DNA of 64,000 nucleotides from positions 57,352,001 to 57,416,000 of the forward strand of contig CM052817.1 of assembly GCA_028534125.1 (NCBI GenBank), read 5' to 3'. A program made the translations under genes and the position numbers. Source of the stretch: Lama glama. Its lineage: Eukaryota. This document shows, piece by piece, positions 36,400 through 49,638 of this stretch (the stretch's first letter is position 1; the number at the start of each line of letters is the position of its first letter). The notes under the pieces are model-generated. The model did no database searches. It was not told the origin of the DNA and worked only from the letters and a program-made list of their open reading frames with translations.

Positions 36400-36960
36400 C
36401 TAGAACATTAGTTCCATGAGCCCAGTGTTTTTTTTCTACTTTGTTCACTTTTGAATTCTCAGTATCTTTAAATAGTCCTTGGGATAATATAGTTGGTATT
36501 CAATACATACTTGTTGAATAAATGAATTAAGTGTGGGTTATAATGTGCCCTGTTGGAAAGGGGAACATTCACACTGGTGGAGGCCCACCTCTCTCTCTGT
36601 CACCACTCTGGGGTCTCTGATAGGGAGAGATGACTCTGTCCAGCTTCTGGGTTCAACCTAGAGAAGAATCTTTTGTCACTTGGCTGAGACCTTCCTGATT
36701 GGCATCTTCTCAAATTGCCCTTTATCCTACTATTACAAAAACTCTGAGACTGAGAACAGATTTTCAATTCTGTCATCTCCCTCTAATCATTTCACAAGCA
36801 ATGGGATTGGTATTCTACCACTGGCTGTGTGACCTTGGGAAATTTACTTAACCTCTCTGAGCATCAGTCTTCTCATCTGTAAAATGAGGATACTACATAC
36901 CTCACAAGTTAGTTGAAAATTACATGAGTTAATGTACTTTAGACAATGAACACAATGTTC
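36400..36960 (+). mobile_element. L2 3' end (~36400-36530) and MIR (~36815-36960)
   Basis: ACTTGTTGAATAAATGAAT (L2 tail); CTGTGTGACCTTGGGAAATTTACTTAACCTCTCTGAGCATCAGTCTTCTCATCTGTAAAATG (MIR core). Confidence 0.75.
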
Positions 36961-37269
36961 AGCCCACAATTGGCTTTTTTTTTTCAGTTTTATTAGGTAG
37001 AATTGTTACAATTTGACTGCACATATACAATATATTGCATGTAAATACATATGTACAATATACTGCACATATTTTTTAGTTTACACATATGTACTGATCA
37101 TTGTTTCTAAGAACAGTTTAGAGGTTTAGCTTTCTAAACTTACATAGTTTTCAAAAGAATAAAGCCTACCACAAAATAAGAATCAATAGAATGTGGTAAT
37201 CCAGTCATAAAGAACAGTCAAATGTGCTTACACATATTCAAGAAATCAGTCATCTAAGTTATAAATAAG

Positions 37270-38075
37270 TAGTTCATTTTTGTCCTTTTTTTTTAGATTC
37301 CACATATGAGTGATATCGTACGGCATTTTTCTCTTTCCAGCTCACTTTACTTAGAATGATGATCTCTAGGTCCATCCCTGTTCCTGCAAATGGCATTATT
37401 TTATTCTTTTTTATGGCTGAGTAGTAGTCCATTGTGTGTGTGTGTGTGTGTGTGTGTGTATACTCACACACCACATCTTTATCCAATCATCTGTTGATAG
37501 ACATCTGAGTTGTTTCCGTGTCTTGGCTATTGTAAATAGTGCTGCTATGAACTTTGGGGTGCATGTGTCTTTTTGAATTTTATTTTTCTCTGAGTATATG
37601 CCCAGGAGTGGGATTGCTGGATCATATGGTAAATCTATTTTTAGTTTTTAAGTGAATCTCCTTTCTGTCCTCCATAGTGGCTGCACCAATCTACACTCTC
37701 ACCAACAGTGTAGGAGTGTTCCCTTTTCTCCACACCCTCTCCAGCATCTATCGTTTGTGGACTTTTGAATGATGGCCATTCTGACTGGTGTGAGGTGATA
37801 TCTCATTGTAGCTTTGATCTGCTTTTCTGTGACAGTGCTAAGCACTTTTTCATGTGCCTGTTGGCCACTTGTATGTCTTCATTGAAGAATTGCTTGTTTA
37901 GGTCTTCTGCCCATTTTTGTATTAGTTGCTTGTTTTTTAGATATTAAGGTATATGAGCTGTTTATGTATTTTGGAAATTAGTCTCTTATCGGTCGCATCA
38001 TTTGCAAATATTTTCTCCCATCCTGTAGGTTTTTTTGTTTTGTTGATGGTATCTTTAGCCATGCAAAAGCTTTTA
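37270..38075 (-). mobile_element. L1 ORF2 3' fragment containing (TG)13 at 37433-37458
   Basis: Minus ORFs give YYSAIKKNKIMPFA..MDLEIIILSKVS and KSFCMAKDTINKTK..WEKIFANDATDKRLISKI. Confidence 0.93.
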
Positions 38076-38154
38076 AACAACTGGCTTTTAATAAAGGTTA
38101 CTTGTAGTCTGCCTTCCCCTTCACTTAAACAGCAACAAAGGAAGGCACAAATTC

Positions 38155-38744
38155 GGTCCATTTTCATTATTCATGGTAGTTATATTCTTTAAAGTCCTGC
38201 GAACACTGAATTCGTAAATGCTGAACCATTGCTCCTCGGGGCAGAGATAGGTTCCTGAGAGCCTCTGATCACATTTTCAGTAATCAGTGCATGACCTTGT
38301 TTTATGTATATTACTGTTTAAAGATGCCTCATTTAATATACATCATTGATTCGTTCACGTTGAACTTACCGACAACAACCTGTAACTCGTGCCTGAATGA
38401 AGCTTATCAAATACATATTACCTGTCATTCTCCCTAAGACACATCATAGCCCTTTTTTTTGCTTAGGAATACTAGATAGCCCTTTAGCACTGCACTTGTA
38501 AACAGCGAGATCACCAACAGAAAGCATAAAATGCAAAAAAAAAAAAAAAGTGGCACTAAATAGACTGCAGGGTTGCAGTACAAGAGCAGGAACAAGAAGG
38601 CAGACATCACTCTGACCTCAGCGGGGGCCTCACAGTTTTTGCCACTCTGTGCATGTCCAAGGATGATTTGATTTGAGGGTGACAAATTTTAGCAAGTAGG
38701 TGGATTCACAAGTCCAGAACCCGTGAATAATGATGCTCGACACT
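38155..38744 (-). mobile_element. MER82-like TcMar-Tigger DNA transposon
   Basis: TCATTATTCATGG...CCGTGAATAATGA inverted ends; internal GAACCATTGCTCCT, GTGGCACTAAATAGAC and AAATTTTAGCAAGTAGG. Confidence 0.85.
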
Positions 38745-41700
38745 GTTGGAAGGGATCAGATCATTGATGAGTATTAGGGGACTTTCCAGTATTTCTGAAA
38801 GCAAAGCACACGAATGAGTTATGCTTCCTTTGCATAGTTCTGGCGCTTAGAGGTGCTTATGACGCAGATGCTTAGGAGACAATTGTTGGACTCTTGACCC
38901 AGGTTAACAAACACATGCTATCCCTGTGTCATTGTCCCCAAGACCAGCCTCTGGTTTTGCCCTGCGCTCATATGCCAGCAGGACTCCCCTTCCACAGGTG
39001 TTACTCAGAAGTTTAGGTTTCTCTAAGTTTTCATAGAGCGGCAGGAAGTTCCTCCCACTGCTCTCTCCAGCCTTGCCACAAGCTGGTCTCCTGCATGCCC
39101 TTCCTTCCCTCACACAGCTGGGCTCACGGCACCATCGCTCCTCACCTTGCCTGCAACCTGGTTTCTCCTCTCTCTCCAGGTTTACGCTCAGCAGTTAGGC
39201 TCGGTCCTGTGAGTTTCCCCATCACTTAACTCGGGAAACAAAGATTACCCAATCCTCACTGTCGTTAGAAGTGGAAAATTATGATTTCCCTGTCAGTCAT
39301 GTCAAGTGCCTGCTTCTTGTAAATGCTGTGCGAGGTACCAATTTGCAGTGATGAGAAAGATAATGCCCCTTCTCTAAGGAACCTGCAAACCTGTGGTCCA
39401 TCTGGTGGTTTGTGAAGTGTGGGAAGAAGTGGCAGTTAGGTTGAAATAAAAGCGCCCCATGTAAGTCAGGTCAATAAACATGCAGAGGAGCAAAGAATAC
39501 ACACACATACATGCACACCTCAACTTTTTAATCATTGGAAGCATATGTTTTCTGTGCCATTTGTACTAGAAGGGAAAAAAATGAACAAAGGTACATTCAC
39601 GTTTGTGGCCTATGAATGCATCATAATTTAACTATAGGGACTTACAAATAATGTAACTATGGCCAGGTATGTAATATATAAATGAATTGTTTATCACTTT
39701 GCCCAAAATGACATTGTAAAGAGGAGACGAGTGACTTTTATTTTTATTTGCTCAGAATTGAACTCAGGATAAAATATTGATCCAAAAGAATCCTAAAGAT
39801 TGTGTTTAAATTCCTTGGTAACGTTAAGAAAAAATACGCAGTAAACTCACTTTGCTCTACCTCCTCCTTTGGCAAAAGTGTAAAAGCAAAATTTTATACC
39901 CGTGCAATAACCTATTGAGACTGTGAGGATATGTTCTGCAGTTGTTTAGCTTTTTGGACAAACCATGGCGGGTTTTAAATTCTAGGCTTGCGTATCCTTG
40001 TTAATTAATTTCAGCTGCCATGCAGTTTATGCATGTTCTGGGAATGTGAACTAATTTAACTAGTTTTCAATGAAGATCTTTTTTGTCATTAAAGAAAAAC
40101 AAACATTAAGGAAATTTGTAGAATTCATTGAAATCCATCATTATTAATCTTTATTATACCCATTCCATATTTTATTGTATTTCATTCTAGTGTTTTTCTA
40201 GGCTCCATATTATGTAGTTATTTTGATAGTGCTATCCATATATTTTTACATCTTGTTTTTCATTGATAACTATTTTCCATGTGTTTAGAATGTTTTATAA
40301 GTATCATTTATAACATGGCATAAGCATTTGAATGAATCATAATTTACTCCAGTTTTCTTCTGTCAAAAATCTTTAAATTCACATCTTTGGACCTAAAGAT
40401 CTTCTGCACTATTTCTTGAGAGTGGATCCCAAGTTAGAATTACTGATTCAAAGGTATGAACGTTAAAAAAAATTGATATATATTGATGTTAGTGATTCCA
40501 GTTTAAAAATTAGCCTTTTCAAAATAATTTAAACACATTTTCTCCAAAAAAACCCCCGCAAAAAACCAAAAAAAAAAAAAAAAAACCAGAAAAACTTTCA
40601 TGGCCAAAAGCAAAGCATCACAATATTCTGACAAAATTACTTTTTAATTATCTTCAGACTTGGATTACACTTGTCACTGTCCCTCTTCAATGGCAAAGAG
40701 ACCACTAAGAGCTGTTCCTTCGCCCCAGTTCCTATTTACAAAACTTGTAATGACTGGACAAAAAACCAAGGGCCCTGCCAGCCATCTGGTTTGCATCCAA
40801 GACTACCAGGCATCGGGAGTCATTCAGATCAGCTGGAACTCTTCCAGCAGTAGCAAAAAAGCTGTTTGCTATAATGCCTTTCTTTTGTGAAAGTCCAGTT
40901 TGGCCAATCAAATATGTTAAAATAATAGGGAGATGGAAGTAATATGCTTTTGTACGTCATTGAATGTACATTGTGAATGAGGTTTGTAAAAAAACATGTG
41001 CAGCCCTGCTTGAGTAACTTGAAAATGTCTATTGTAATGGCAGCCACCTACATGAGAAGTAAGCAGTAAAAACTGTGACATTTGGAGGGTTTATCTTTAG
41101 TATTTTTTCACAGAAGGAAAAAAATAGCCTTCACAACTCTCTATTTGAATCCAGTCAAATACACATACAATTGATTCTCAGCACCTCTTTAAATATGAAT
41201 TCCGTGCATAATACCGAAACCATGGCTTGACCCCTGTCTCATCTGTTTGTGAGATGTACTGGTACTCTCCATGTCTCAGGGAGAACCTGTGGTCTACTAC
41301 ACTTGAAAAAACTGGAAAAGAATCTACTTACCACATTTTACTGCACATGTCCTTGGAGCTCATTGTGGGTTCGTTCAAAAGAGATTGGCAAAGCCTTGTT
41401 TCTCTTTTCCTTAAATCCTTTAATCTCCAGCACATTCAGCAACAATAGTCCTTTGTAAGGCAGTTATTCCTGCTAATACAGTAACTAAACAGTGCTGAGA
41501 ATATATGTATAAACTAGAGAAGCTGTATGTGATTGTTCTGGTGGAATCTCCCCCATATGTGACTGGGAAATAGGAATACTGAAAAGACCTTACGTCAGCA
41601 TAGCCCAGGACACTGAGAATTTTCGTGTACATGCACATGTATATCAGCTCTTTAATCCCTATCAGAACCCTGTGGTGTTAGTATTATCCCCACGTTATAA

Positions 41701-43965
41701 ATTAGGCAACCATGATTTGGTGAGTTTGGATGTCCAAGCAGAGCCCTAATTAATGGAAATGCAGAGAAGCTGCAGTAAGGACCTCAGGTGAGCTCCTGCA
41801 TGGATGGGCCGGCACACGTCTGCCCACGTTTAAAGCCACAGGAAGCTGAAACTGAGTTTCAGAGCCAGTTAAACGTAAGAGATGCTTCATTCCAGTTCTG
41901 AATCTGTGGGCTTCAGTTTTCATTCCTAAACCATGTCTCCATTAAATTGCCTGTATCGTTAGTATCCTACCTTTCCACAGTCTTCAGTTACTCTTATTCT
42001 TACTAAAGTATGGAAATGCATATACTTGTGCTTGTTTTCCTAAACCATATGCGTTTTTGAAGAAAAATATCCATAGAATCTAAAGCTGTTGTTTTCGTAA
42101 ATAACCTAAATTCAAGGTTTTGCCAGTGGCAGTTGTCTAATACAGCATGATATAATTATTCCCCAAGTGCTCGTGATTAGCTTGGTTAATTACAGGTGGT
42201 CCGGCTCCCAAAGCATGCATACCACCTGGATCTGTTAGCTTTGCTCAATAAAACGACCAACGTGTCATTCAGTGTTCTGAGGAAAACACAAAATGAGTTA
42301 GAAAAAGTAATAAGATAAATCACTATTTTCACATATCTTCTAAAAAAAAATTACAGAACAGCATAAGAAGAACTTTGTGAGACACTTAAATTTTTAATCA
42401 GTGTGAATAAAATTGAGTCTCGGAGAGATTTCATCTTTTTGTCATGTGTGTTCATGTCCATATGCTTCATCTGTATGGAATGAGACTGACTCACCAAGAA
42501 GTCCTTAAAACCAATCGGTGTATCATAAGAGTGAGAAGGCCTGGCCCCAGACCCACCAAAGAAAGCAAGAAATAGTAGTTTTCTCAAGGAAGAATGACAT
42601 GTGTCTTGGACTCAAATTCTTAGGCAGAGGTGAAGGAACATTTCTCAGCAGTTTTCTAGATCAGTTGTGTAATTTTGTGTGTATTATATTTTAGTTTGTA
42701 AATACTTTTCGGTTATATGAGCCTGTACCTGATGTGAAAGGGCCCTTCTACACCAATTCCTTCAACATATAAGGGGATGGTTGGATTTGGGGAAGGGGAA
42801 GAGAGGAATGATCACCCAAAGGGGCAGCAGCCGTTTTATCAGTAAGAAACATGTTCAGCTGCAGGTAATAGAAAACCTGGTTATAGTGCCCCCCTCCCCA
42901 AAAAGGGTTTAGTTGCTTGTAGAACAAAGAGCCCAGGTGTAGACAGCTGTTGCTGTGGTTTTAATAGCTCAACAATGTTTGGAGGACCCAGGTTCGTTCT
43001 TTCTGCTCTGTCCTTGTGTGTTGGCTTCTGACTTCATGCTTAATGATCACAAGGACCATCATTGGTTCTTCCAGCCATTGAGTCCTAATTCAAGGCAGTT
43101 AGAAGGAACAGGGAAGGGGGCAGTGCCAGTCTTATGTCCATTTTATCAGTCCTCATTATACATTGACTAGATGTGTGATTATGAGCACATTACTTAGCCT
43201 CCCAGACCTGTCCATTTCCTCACCTGTAAAATGGAGCTTCCAAGGCCTGTGTTAAAAGAGTAAGTGTTATGGGAAATAAATGAGATCATGGGTTTGAAGT
43301 GTCTTTGTAACTGGAAAGCCTTATATGAATGCAATATTTTATTCTCGTTGATTTTATCAATTATTATTGCAACAACTCTCAAATATGCCCAGTTAGTTAA
43401 CTACCTTGGGTACATCTGTGTCAAATATTTACTTTTTAATAGGCCACCCCGTGTCCACCTTCCCTTCAAATCACTACCAGCAAGTAATACCCAGGAGCTG
43501 CTAATGTTGCAGTGTTAGCCTGAACCAAACATAATTAGTAAGGAAATTTGCCACAACAAATTCACACCCGGCAAAAATATAAAGTGCTTTAAAGTCAGCA
43601 TCCGTCTGAGACCATCCGTTCTCCTGCCCTCCATTAGCTGGGTGATCAGGAGTTGGCAGTGCGCCCTCCTCTAGAAGCTCGTGTTGCATATTGACCTGAA
43701 AATGTATTAGTCCGGGTAACGATGACAACTTTTATGTTAACCATCAATCACTTTAATGAGTACAAGAAAGCATCCTATCACCCTGCCAAAAGGTACAGGA
43801 GTTAAGAATGACTCGTTCGTCGGTTAAATGTGTGTGTTTTCTGTGGCAGATGTATCCTGGCGCCGTGGGCATGGAGCACAGGCTCCAGCCCAGAAGTTAC
43901 AGTTTAATAATGGGGCCATGGCAGCAGCAGAGTTTGTTGATTTCCCTGAATTCAGTCCCCTCATA

Positions 43966-44194
43966 AAAACAGAGTTGCTGGAAGGATGACTTCCAGGAGC
44001 TGGGGTAGGGAGGAGTGAGGGGTTGTTTAATGGGTATAGAGTTTCAGTTTTGCAAGATGAAAAGAGTTCTGGAGGTCTGTTGCATAACAGCATGAGTATA
44101 CTTGATGCTACTGAACTATACACTTAAAAATTGCTAAGATGGTAGATTTTATGTTGGATATTTTACCACAATTTTTTAAAAATAAAAAATAAAA
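43966..44194 (+). mobile_element. Old L1 (L1MA/MB-like) 3' end
   Basis: GTTGTTTAATGGGTATAGAGTTTCAGTTTTGCAAGATGAAAAGAGTTCTGGAG...ACTGAACTATACACTTAAAAAT plus A tail. Confidence 0.88.
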
Positions 44195-45619
44195 CCACTA
44201 GATACCAAAACCAAAACCCCATGAACAACATTTAGGTGACACACAAGGTGACAAGCTGGCCCTTGTGTGAAACCCAAAGATGTAAGTGGGTTAAAACAAG
44301 CCACCTACGCTGGAAGGTGTGTATGATGTCAGCAGCTTTGTGGAAGGAAACAGAGGGGAGTGATGAGGTGGTGACAGATCTGATCACAGGAAAATTCCAA
44401 CACAGCCAACAGGTATCACTCATTGCAAAGTGTGGTGTAGTCAGTTTATTAGTGGGTGAGTACCCAGGACCCATGGGAGGTTTTGTGAGGCTGGTGTAGT
44501 CTGAGCCCTGGGAACCCTCACAGCTGACCAGCTAGGGCTCCCTTCCAGGACAGGGTCCCCAACTAAGGAGAAACTTCTAGAAGTAGATTCTAAGTTGCAC
44601 AGGAAAGAAACAATAGAGATGAAGGAAAGACCAAATCACATAAAAATTGGGGAGGGACTTAGAACCTCGTGATTGCAAGCCAGCTCAACAACATCAGGAG
44701 AAGAAGAAGGAGTCCTATCTTCTCATGCATTCCACGTCGTTATCAGAGAAAGCTTTTCTGAGAAGTGCTCCAGTAGATGAATCTGTGGGTCTCATAAGCC
44801 AGAATTGGGTCACACACCCATGCCTGAACCAGTCACTGCCTTTGAGGATTAACCTTCTCTTGTTACATGAGAGACTGAGGACCCAAACAAAAGTCTGGTT
44901 TGCCATCAAGGAAGAAGGGGCCTGCTGTTGGGTACATAATCAGCAGTATTTGCAACAATTTGCCATCTCCTAATTTGCTATCATGCCTAGTTATGCTGTG
45001 GCCTCTGATCTGCAAATATTGCAGTCACACTAAGTGCAATCATACTAAGTCTATGGGAATTCTTCTGTTAATTGCAGTTGGTAGACATGTTACCACACAT
45101 GCAAAATGAGTCTTTAAGGGCGATACATCCAGTTGTGTTTGAGCCTCTTTTCAAAATATCCTCAGTTCTCTTGGATAAATCAGATACATGCTCTACTACC
45201 ACAGTATTAATTTAAATAAGTATTATTGACTACCTAATATATCAAAGTAATCTTTGAATTATGATGGGGTATAGAATGAATAAGGTGTGATTTCTATCTT
45301 TAGTGTTCCTAGACTATAGTAAATATGAAGTATAATCAGCCACATTCAAGTCTGTGACATAATTTTATTGTCTAAGTAGAATAAGTCTCCAGGAGCACCT
45401 GGATATTTTGTCAAGTAATTCTTCTAGGGAGCAACTCAGCACAAATTATATAAAAAAAATTTTTTTTTTAGAATTTCAGTGGAAGCGGGGAAACTCGGGA
45501 GGAAACCAGAACAAGGAAATCACAAAAAGCAAGGCACCATCTTTATTTTTTGGGTTAATTTATTTTAGATATTTTAATAGCACATAAAATGGATGGTAGG
45601 GTATATTTCTATTTTAATG

Positions 45620-46620
45620 TAGAGAACACTATAAAATAAACTCTAACATAAATGAAAAGATTGACAGACTTGGCTACGTTAAAAATTTTAAGCTTATGTA
45701 TTCATTCATTCATACATTTGCTATTTTTATTGAGAACAAACTATGTGCCAGGCACTGATCTCAATGCTGAAGATACAGCAGTGTACCAAAGAGCCAGCAT
45801 TGCTGCTTTCAAAGAGCTTACATGCTGTGTAGCAACCAATACCACAAATAAATGGCATAAAAACAAACAAACAAACAAACAACTGAAAGACAGTCATGGC
45901 ATGGAGGAATTATGTGCAAAATATATGATAAAAAATAAATATCTGCAGAAAGCAAAAGCTCATATAAACTAATAAGTAACCCATAGATGAATAAGCAAAA
46001 GTTATAGTGAATTAGGAGGAGAGCAACTGCAAATGACCAATAAACATGTCAAGAGTTGCTCTGAAGAGTTGCTGGACCTCAGAGGTGGTCCTGAAAATGC
46101 AGTTAGAACAAGGACATCCAGCATTTCCCCCTTCAGCTGGACCTGTTTTTTTAAAATTCCTAACTCCCACTGCTGGAAAACCTATGAGGAAATGAGCACC
46201 CTCATGCGCATTGCCAAGTGCAAGAATTCCTAACAACTTTTTGAAAGTAACCTAGGAATGTCTATTAAAATTAAACATTCTCATACCCTTTGACCCAGAA
46301 AGGACATTTCTTGGCATCTATTCAACAGGAACAAAAGCACTAATACCAAAGGACATATGTATAAGAATATTTATTGTATCATGGTTTGTATATAGAAAGA
46401 AAATGAAACATCCTGAATGCTCTTAAAGCGGTACATCCATGTAATGGAACATTCTGCAGCTATTGAAAAGAATGTTGTTGTTTTATGGTGTTGATCTAAT
46501 GAATCAATGTATGATATATTGATTGTTCACTGACAACAGGCGATTTGTAGGGTGATAGGTATAAATTTTTTAATTAACAAAATGAAAAAGTATTTGATTT
46601 GTTACAATGAGCATGTACTT
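45620..46620 (+). mobile_element. Highly diverged L1 (L1ME-like) with an L2 fragment (-) at ~45700-45830
   Basis: GCAAATGACCAATAAACATG, CATACCCTTTGACCCAG and TTTATTGTATCATGGTTTGTA; the L2 piece reads TTCATTCATT...ATTGAGAACAAACTATGTGCCAGGCACTG. Confidence 0.65.
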
Positions 46621-46957
46621 TTTTCCCCCATCATATTAAAAAACAATTTAGGTGCTTCCACAATGTTTTGGAGAGTGAAACTATAATCAGCAGTGGAAAT
46701 TGCAGGAAGGATACTTTTAGTTCAGCTAAAGACGATGTTTATAACAACCACAGTGATTCACCAGTGGGTTTGGGAATCTTGGGTCAGGATCTCTGGAAGT
46801 ATTCAGGTTGAGAACCATAAGCTGTTGGTGAGCAGACTCATGTACCTAGTTTGAGGATTGGACTAAGATGACTGTTAAGATTCCTTCCAACCCCAACAGT
46901 TTTTTCAATAGCTTAATATTACACTATGAGACTTGTAATCATTTTTTAGGAAAGACG

Positions 46958-49312
46958 TTTTTATTGACATATAATTGGGATGTAAATTATATTAGTTTCA
47001 GGTGTACAGCATAACAATTCGATTTTTGCATATATTGCAAGGTGACCACCACAGTAAGTCAGTTAACATCCATCATCACATAGTTCTAATTTTTTTCTTC
47101 TATGAGAACTTTTAAGATCTACTCTCTTAACAACATTCTAAGATAGTATTATTAACCATAATCATTATGCTGTACATTACACTCCTATGACTTATTTATT
47201 TTATAACTAGAAATTTGTGCCTTTGACCTCCTTCACTCCCTCCTACCTATAGCAACCACAGTCTATTCTCTGTATCTATGAATTCCATTTTTTTTGTCTT
47301 AGATTCCACATACAAGTGAGATCATAATGATATTTGTCTTTCTCTGACTTATTTCACTTGGGATAATGCCTTCAAGATTCATCCATGTTCTCACACATAG
47401 CAAGATTTCATTCTTTTTTATGACCGAATAATATTCCTCTGTGTGTGTGTGTGCACGCGCACATGTGCACGCACATGCCACATCTTCTTTATCTGTTCAT
47501 CCATCAGTGGACACTTAAGTTACTTCCATGTCTTGCCTATTGTAAATAATGCTATAATGAACATAGAGGTGCATATATTTTCAAGTTAGTGTTTTGTTTC
47601 CTTCAGGTAAATACCTACAAGTAGAACTGCTGGATCATATGGTAGTTCTATTTTTAATTTTTTGAGGAACCTTCATACTTTTTCCATAGCAGCTGCACCA
47701 ACTTATAGTCCCACCAGCAGTGCACCAGGGTTTCCTTTTCCCCACATCCTTACCAACACTTATCTTGTCTTTTTTAATAGTAGCCATTCTAACCGGTGTG
47801 AGGTGATATGTCATTGTGGTTTTGATTTGCATTTCCATGATGATTAGTGATATTGAGCACCTTTTCATGTGTCTGTTGGCCGTCTGTTATGTCTTCTTTG
47901 GAAAAATTCCTGTTCAAATCCTCTGCCTATTTTCCAATCAGATGATTTGGTTTTTTTTTGTGATTGAGTTTTATGAATTCCTTATATATTTTAGATGTTA
48001 ACCCCTTATTGGATAATATGATTTGCAAATATTTTCTCCCACTTGGAAGGTTACTTTTTCATCTTGCTGATGGTTGGTTTCCTTTGTTCTGCAGAAGCTT
48101 TGTAGTTTGAGGTGATCCCACTTGTTTATTTTTGCTTTTGGTGTCAGATATGAAAAATCATCACCAAGACCAGTATCAAGGAGTTTACCCCCTATGCTTC
48201 CTTCTAAGAGTTTTATGGTTTCAGGTCTTATATTCAAGTCTTTAATCCATTCTGAGTTAATTTTTGTGTATGTTTGTAAGGTGGTGGTACAAATTTATTC
48301 TTTTGCATGTGGCTGTCCAGTTTTCTTTTGCATGTAGGTGTCCACAGTTGCTGAAGAGGTTATCTTTTTCCCATTGTATATTCCTGTCAACTTTGTCATA
48401 AATTAATTGACAATAAGTATGTAGGTTTATCTCTAAGCTCTCTATTCTGTTCCTTTGATCTATGGGTCTGTTTTTATGCTAATACACAGTTTTGATTACT
48501 ACAGCTTTGTAGTATAGTTTGAAATCAGGGAGCATGCTACCTCCACCTTTCTTCTTTCTTGAACTTGCTTTGGCTATTTATGGTCATTTGTGGTTCCATA
48601 CAAATGTTAGGGTTGTTTTTTCTAGTTCTATTTAAAAAACATCCTTTTGAAGGCATTACATTGATCTCTAAATTGCTTTGGGTAATATGGACATTTTAAC
48701 AATATTAATTCTTCCAGTCCATGAGTAAGGGGTGTCTTTCTACTTATTTTTATTTGCTTCAGTTTCATCCCTGTCTTATCGTTTTCAGTGTGCAGATCTG
48801 TTACCTCCTTGGTTAAATATATTCCTAAGAATTGTGTTCTTTTTGATACTGTTGTAAATGGGATTATTTTTCTAAATTTCTCTTCCTGAGGGTTCATTGT
48901 TGGTATAGAGAAATGAACTGATTTTTGTATATTTTGTATGTTTTGTATCCTGTAACTTTGCTGAATTTCTTTACTAGTTCTAACAATGTTTTGGTGGAGT
49001 CTTTAGGGATTTCTATGTGTAACATCATGCCATCTGCAAATAGTGACACTTCTGTTTCTGCTTTCTTGTTTGGATGCATTTATTTCTTTTTCTTGCCTAG
49101 TTGCTCTGACTAGGACTACCAGTTCTATGTTGAATAAAAGTGGCAAGAGTGGGCATCCTAGTCTGATTTATAATCTTGGAGGAAAAGGTTTCAGCTTTTC
49201 ACCATTGGGTATGATGTTAGCTGTGGGCTGATCACATATGGCCTTTATTGTGTTGAAGTACCTTCCCTCTATAGCCGCTTTTTTGAGAGGTTTTAATCAT
49301 AAAGAATGTTGA
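46958..49312 (-). mobile_element. ~2.35-kb 5'-truncated L1 (3' half of ORF2 and 3' UTR), degraded
   Basis: Several minus ORFs give L1 ORF2 peptides ([65 protein letters not shown]). Confidence 0.95.
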
Positions 49313-49487
49313 TGAGCATGCACTTTTGTATTCTTTTAATACCAACAAAATATTTTATTTAGTACTGCACCATTACAGCATTGGTGTTCCCCATGCAACA
49401 TCATAAAAGCTGCTAAATTTGTGAAGGTATTTTCTTTCCCTCCTTTCAATTACCAAAAATTTAATTAGATTTAAAATGTAGACTCAT

Positions 49488-49638
49488 GGCGGGAGGGTAT
49501 AGCTCAATGGTAGAGTGTGTGCTTAGCATGCATGAGGTCCTGAGTTTAATCCCCAGTACCTCCATTAAAAAATTAATTCAAGTAAATAAATAATTAAAAA
49601 ATAAATTACCAACCCCCCCTCCAAATTACAAAATTAAT
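49488..49638 (+). mobile_element. tRNA-Ala-derived SINE (camelid-type) with 11-bp TSD
   Basis: GGGAGGGTATAGCTCAATGGTAGAG...CTTAGCATGCATGAGGTCCTG...CCCCAGTACCTCCA; TSD TGTAGACTCAT at 49477-49487 and 49639-49649. Confidence 0.95.
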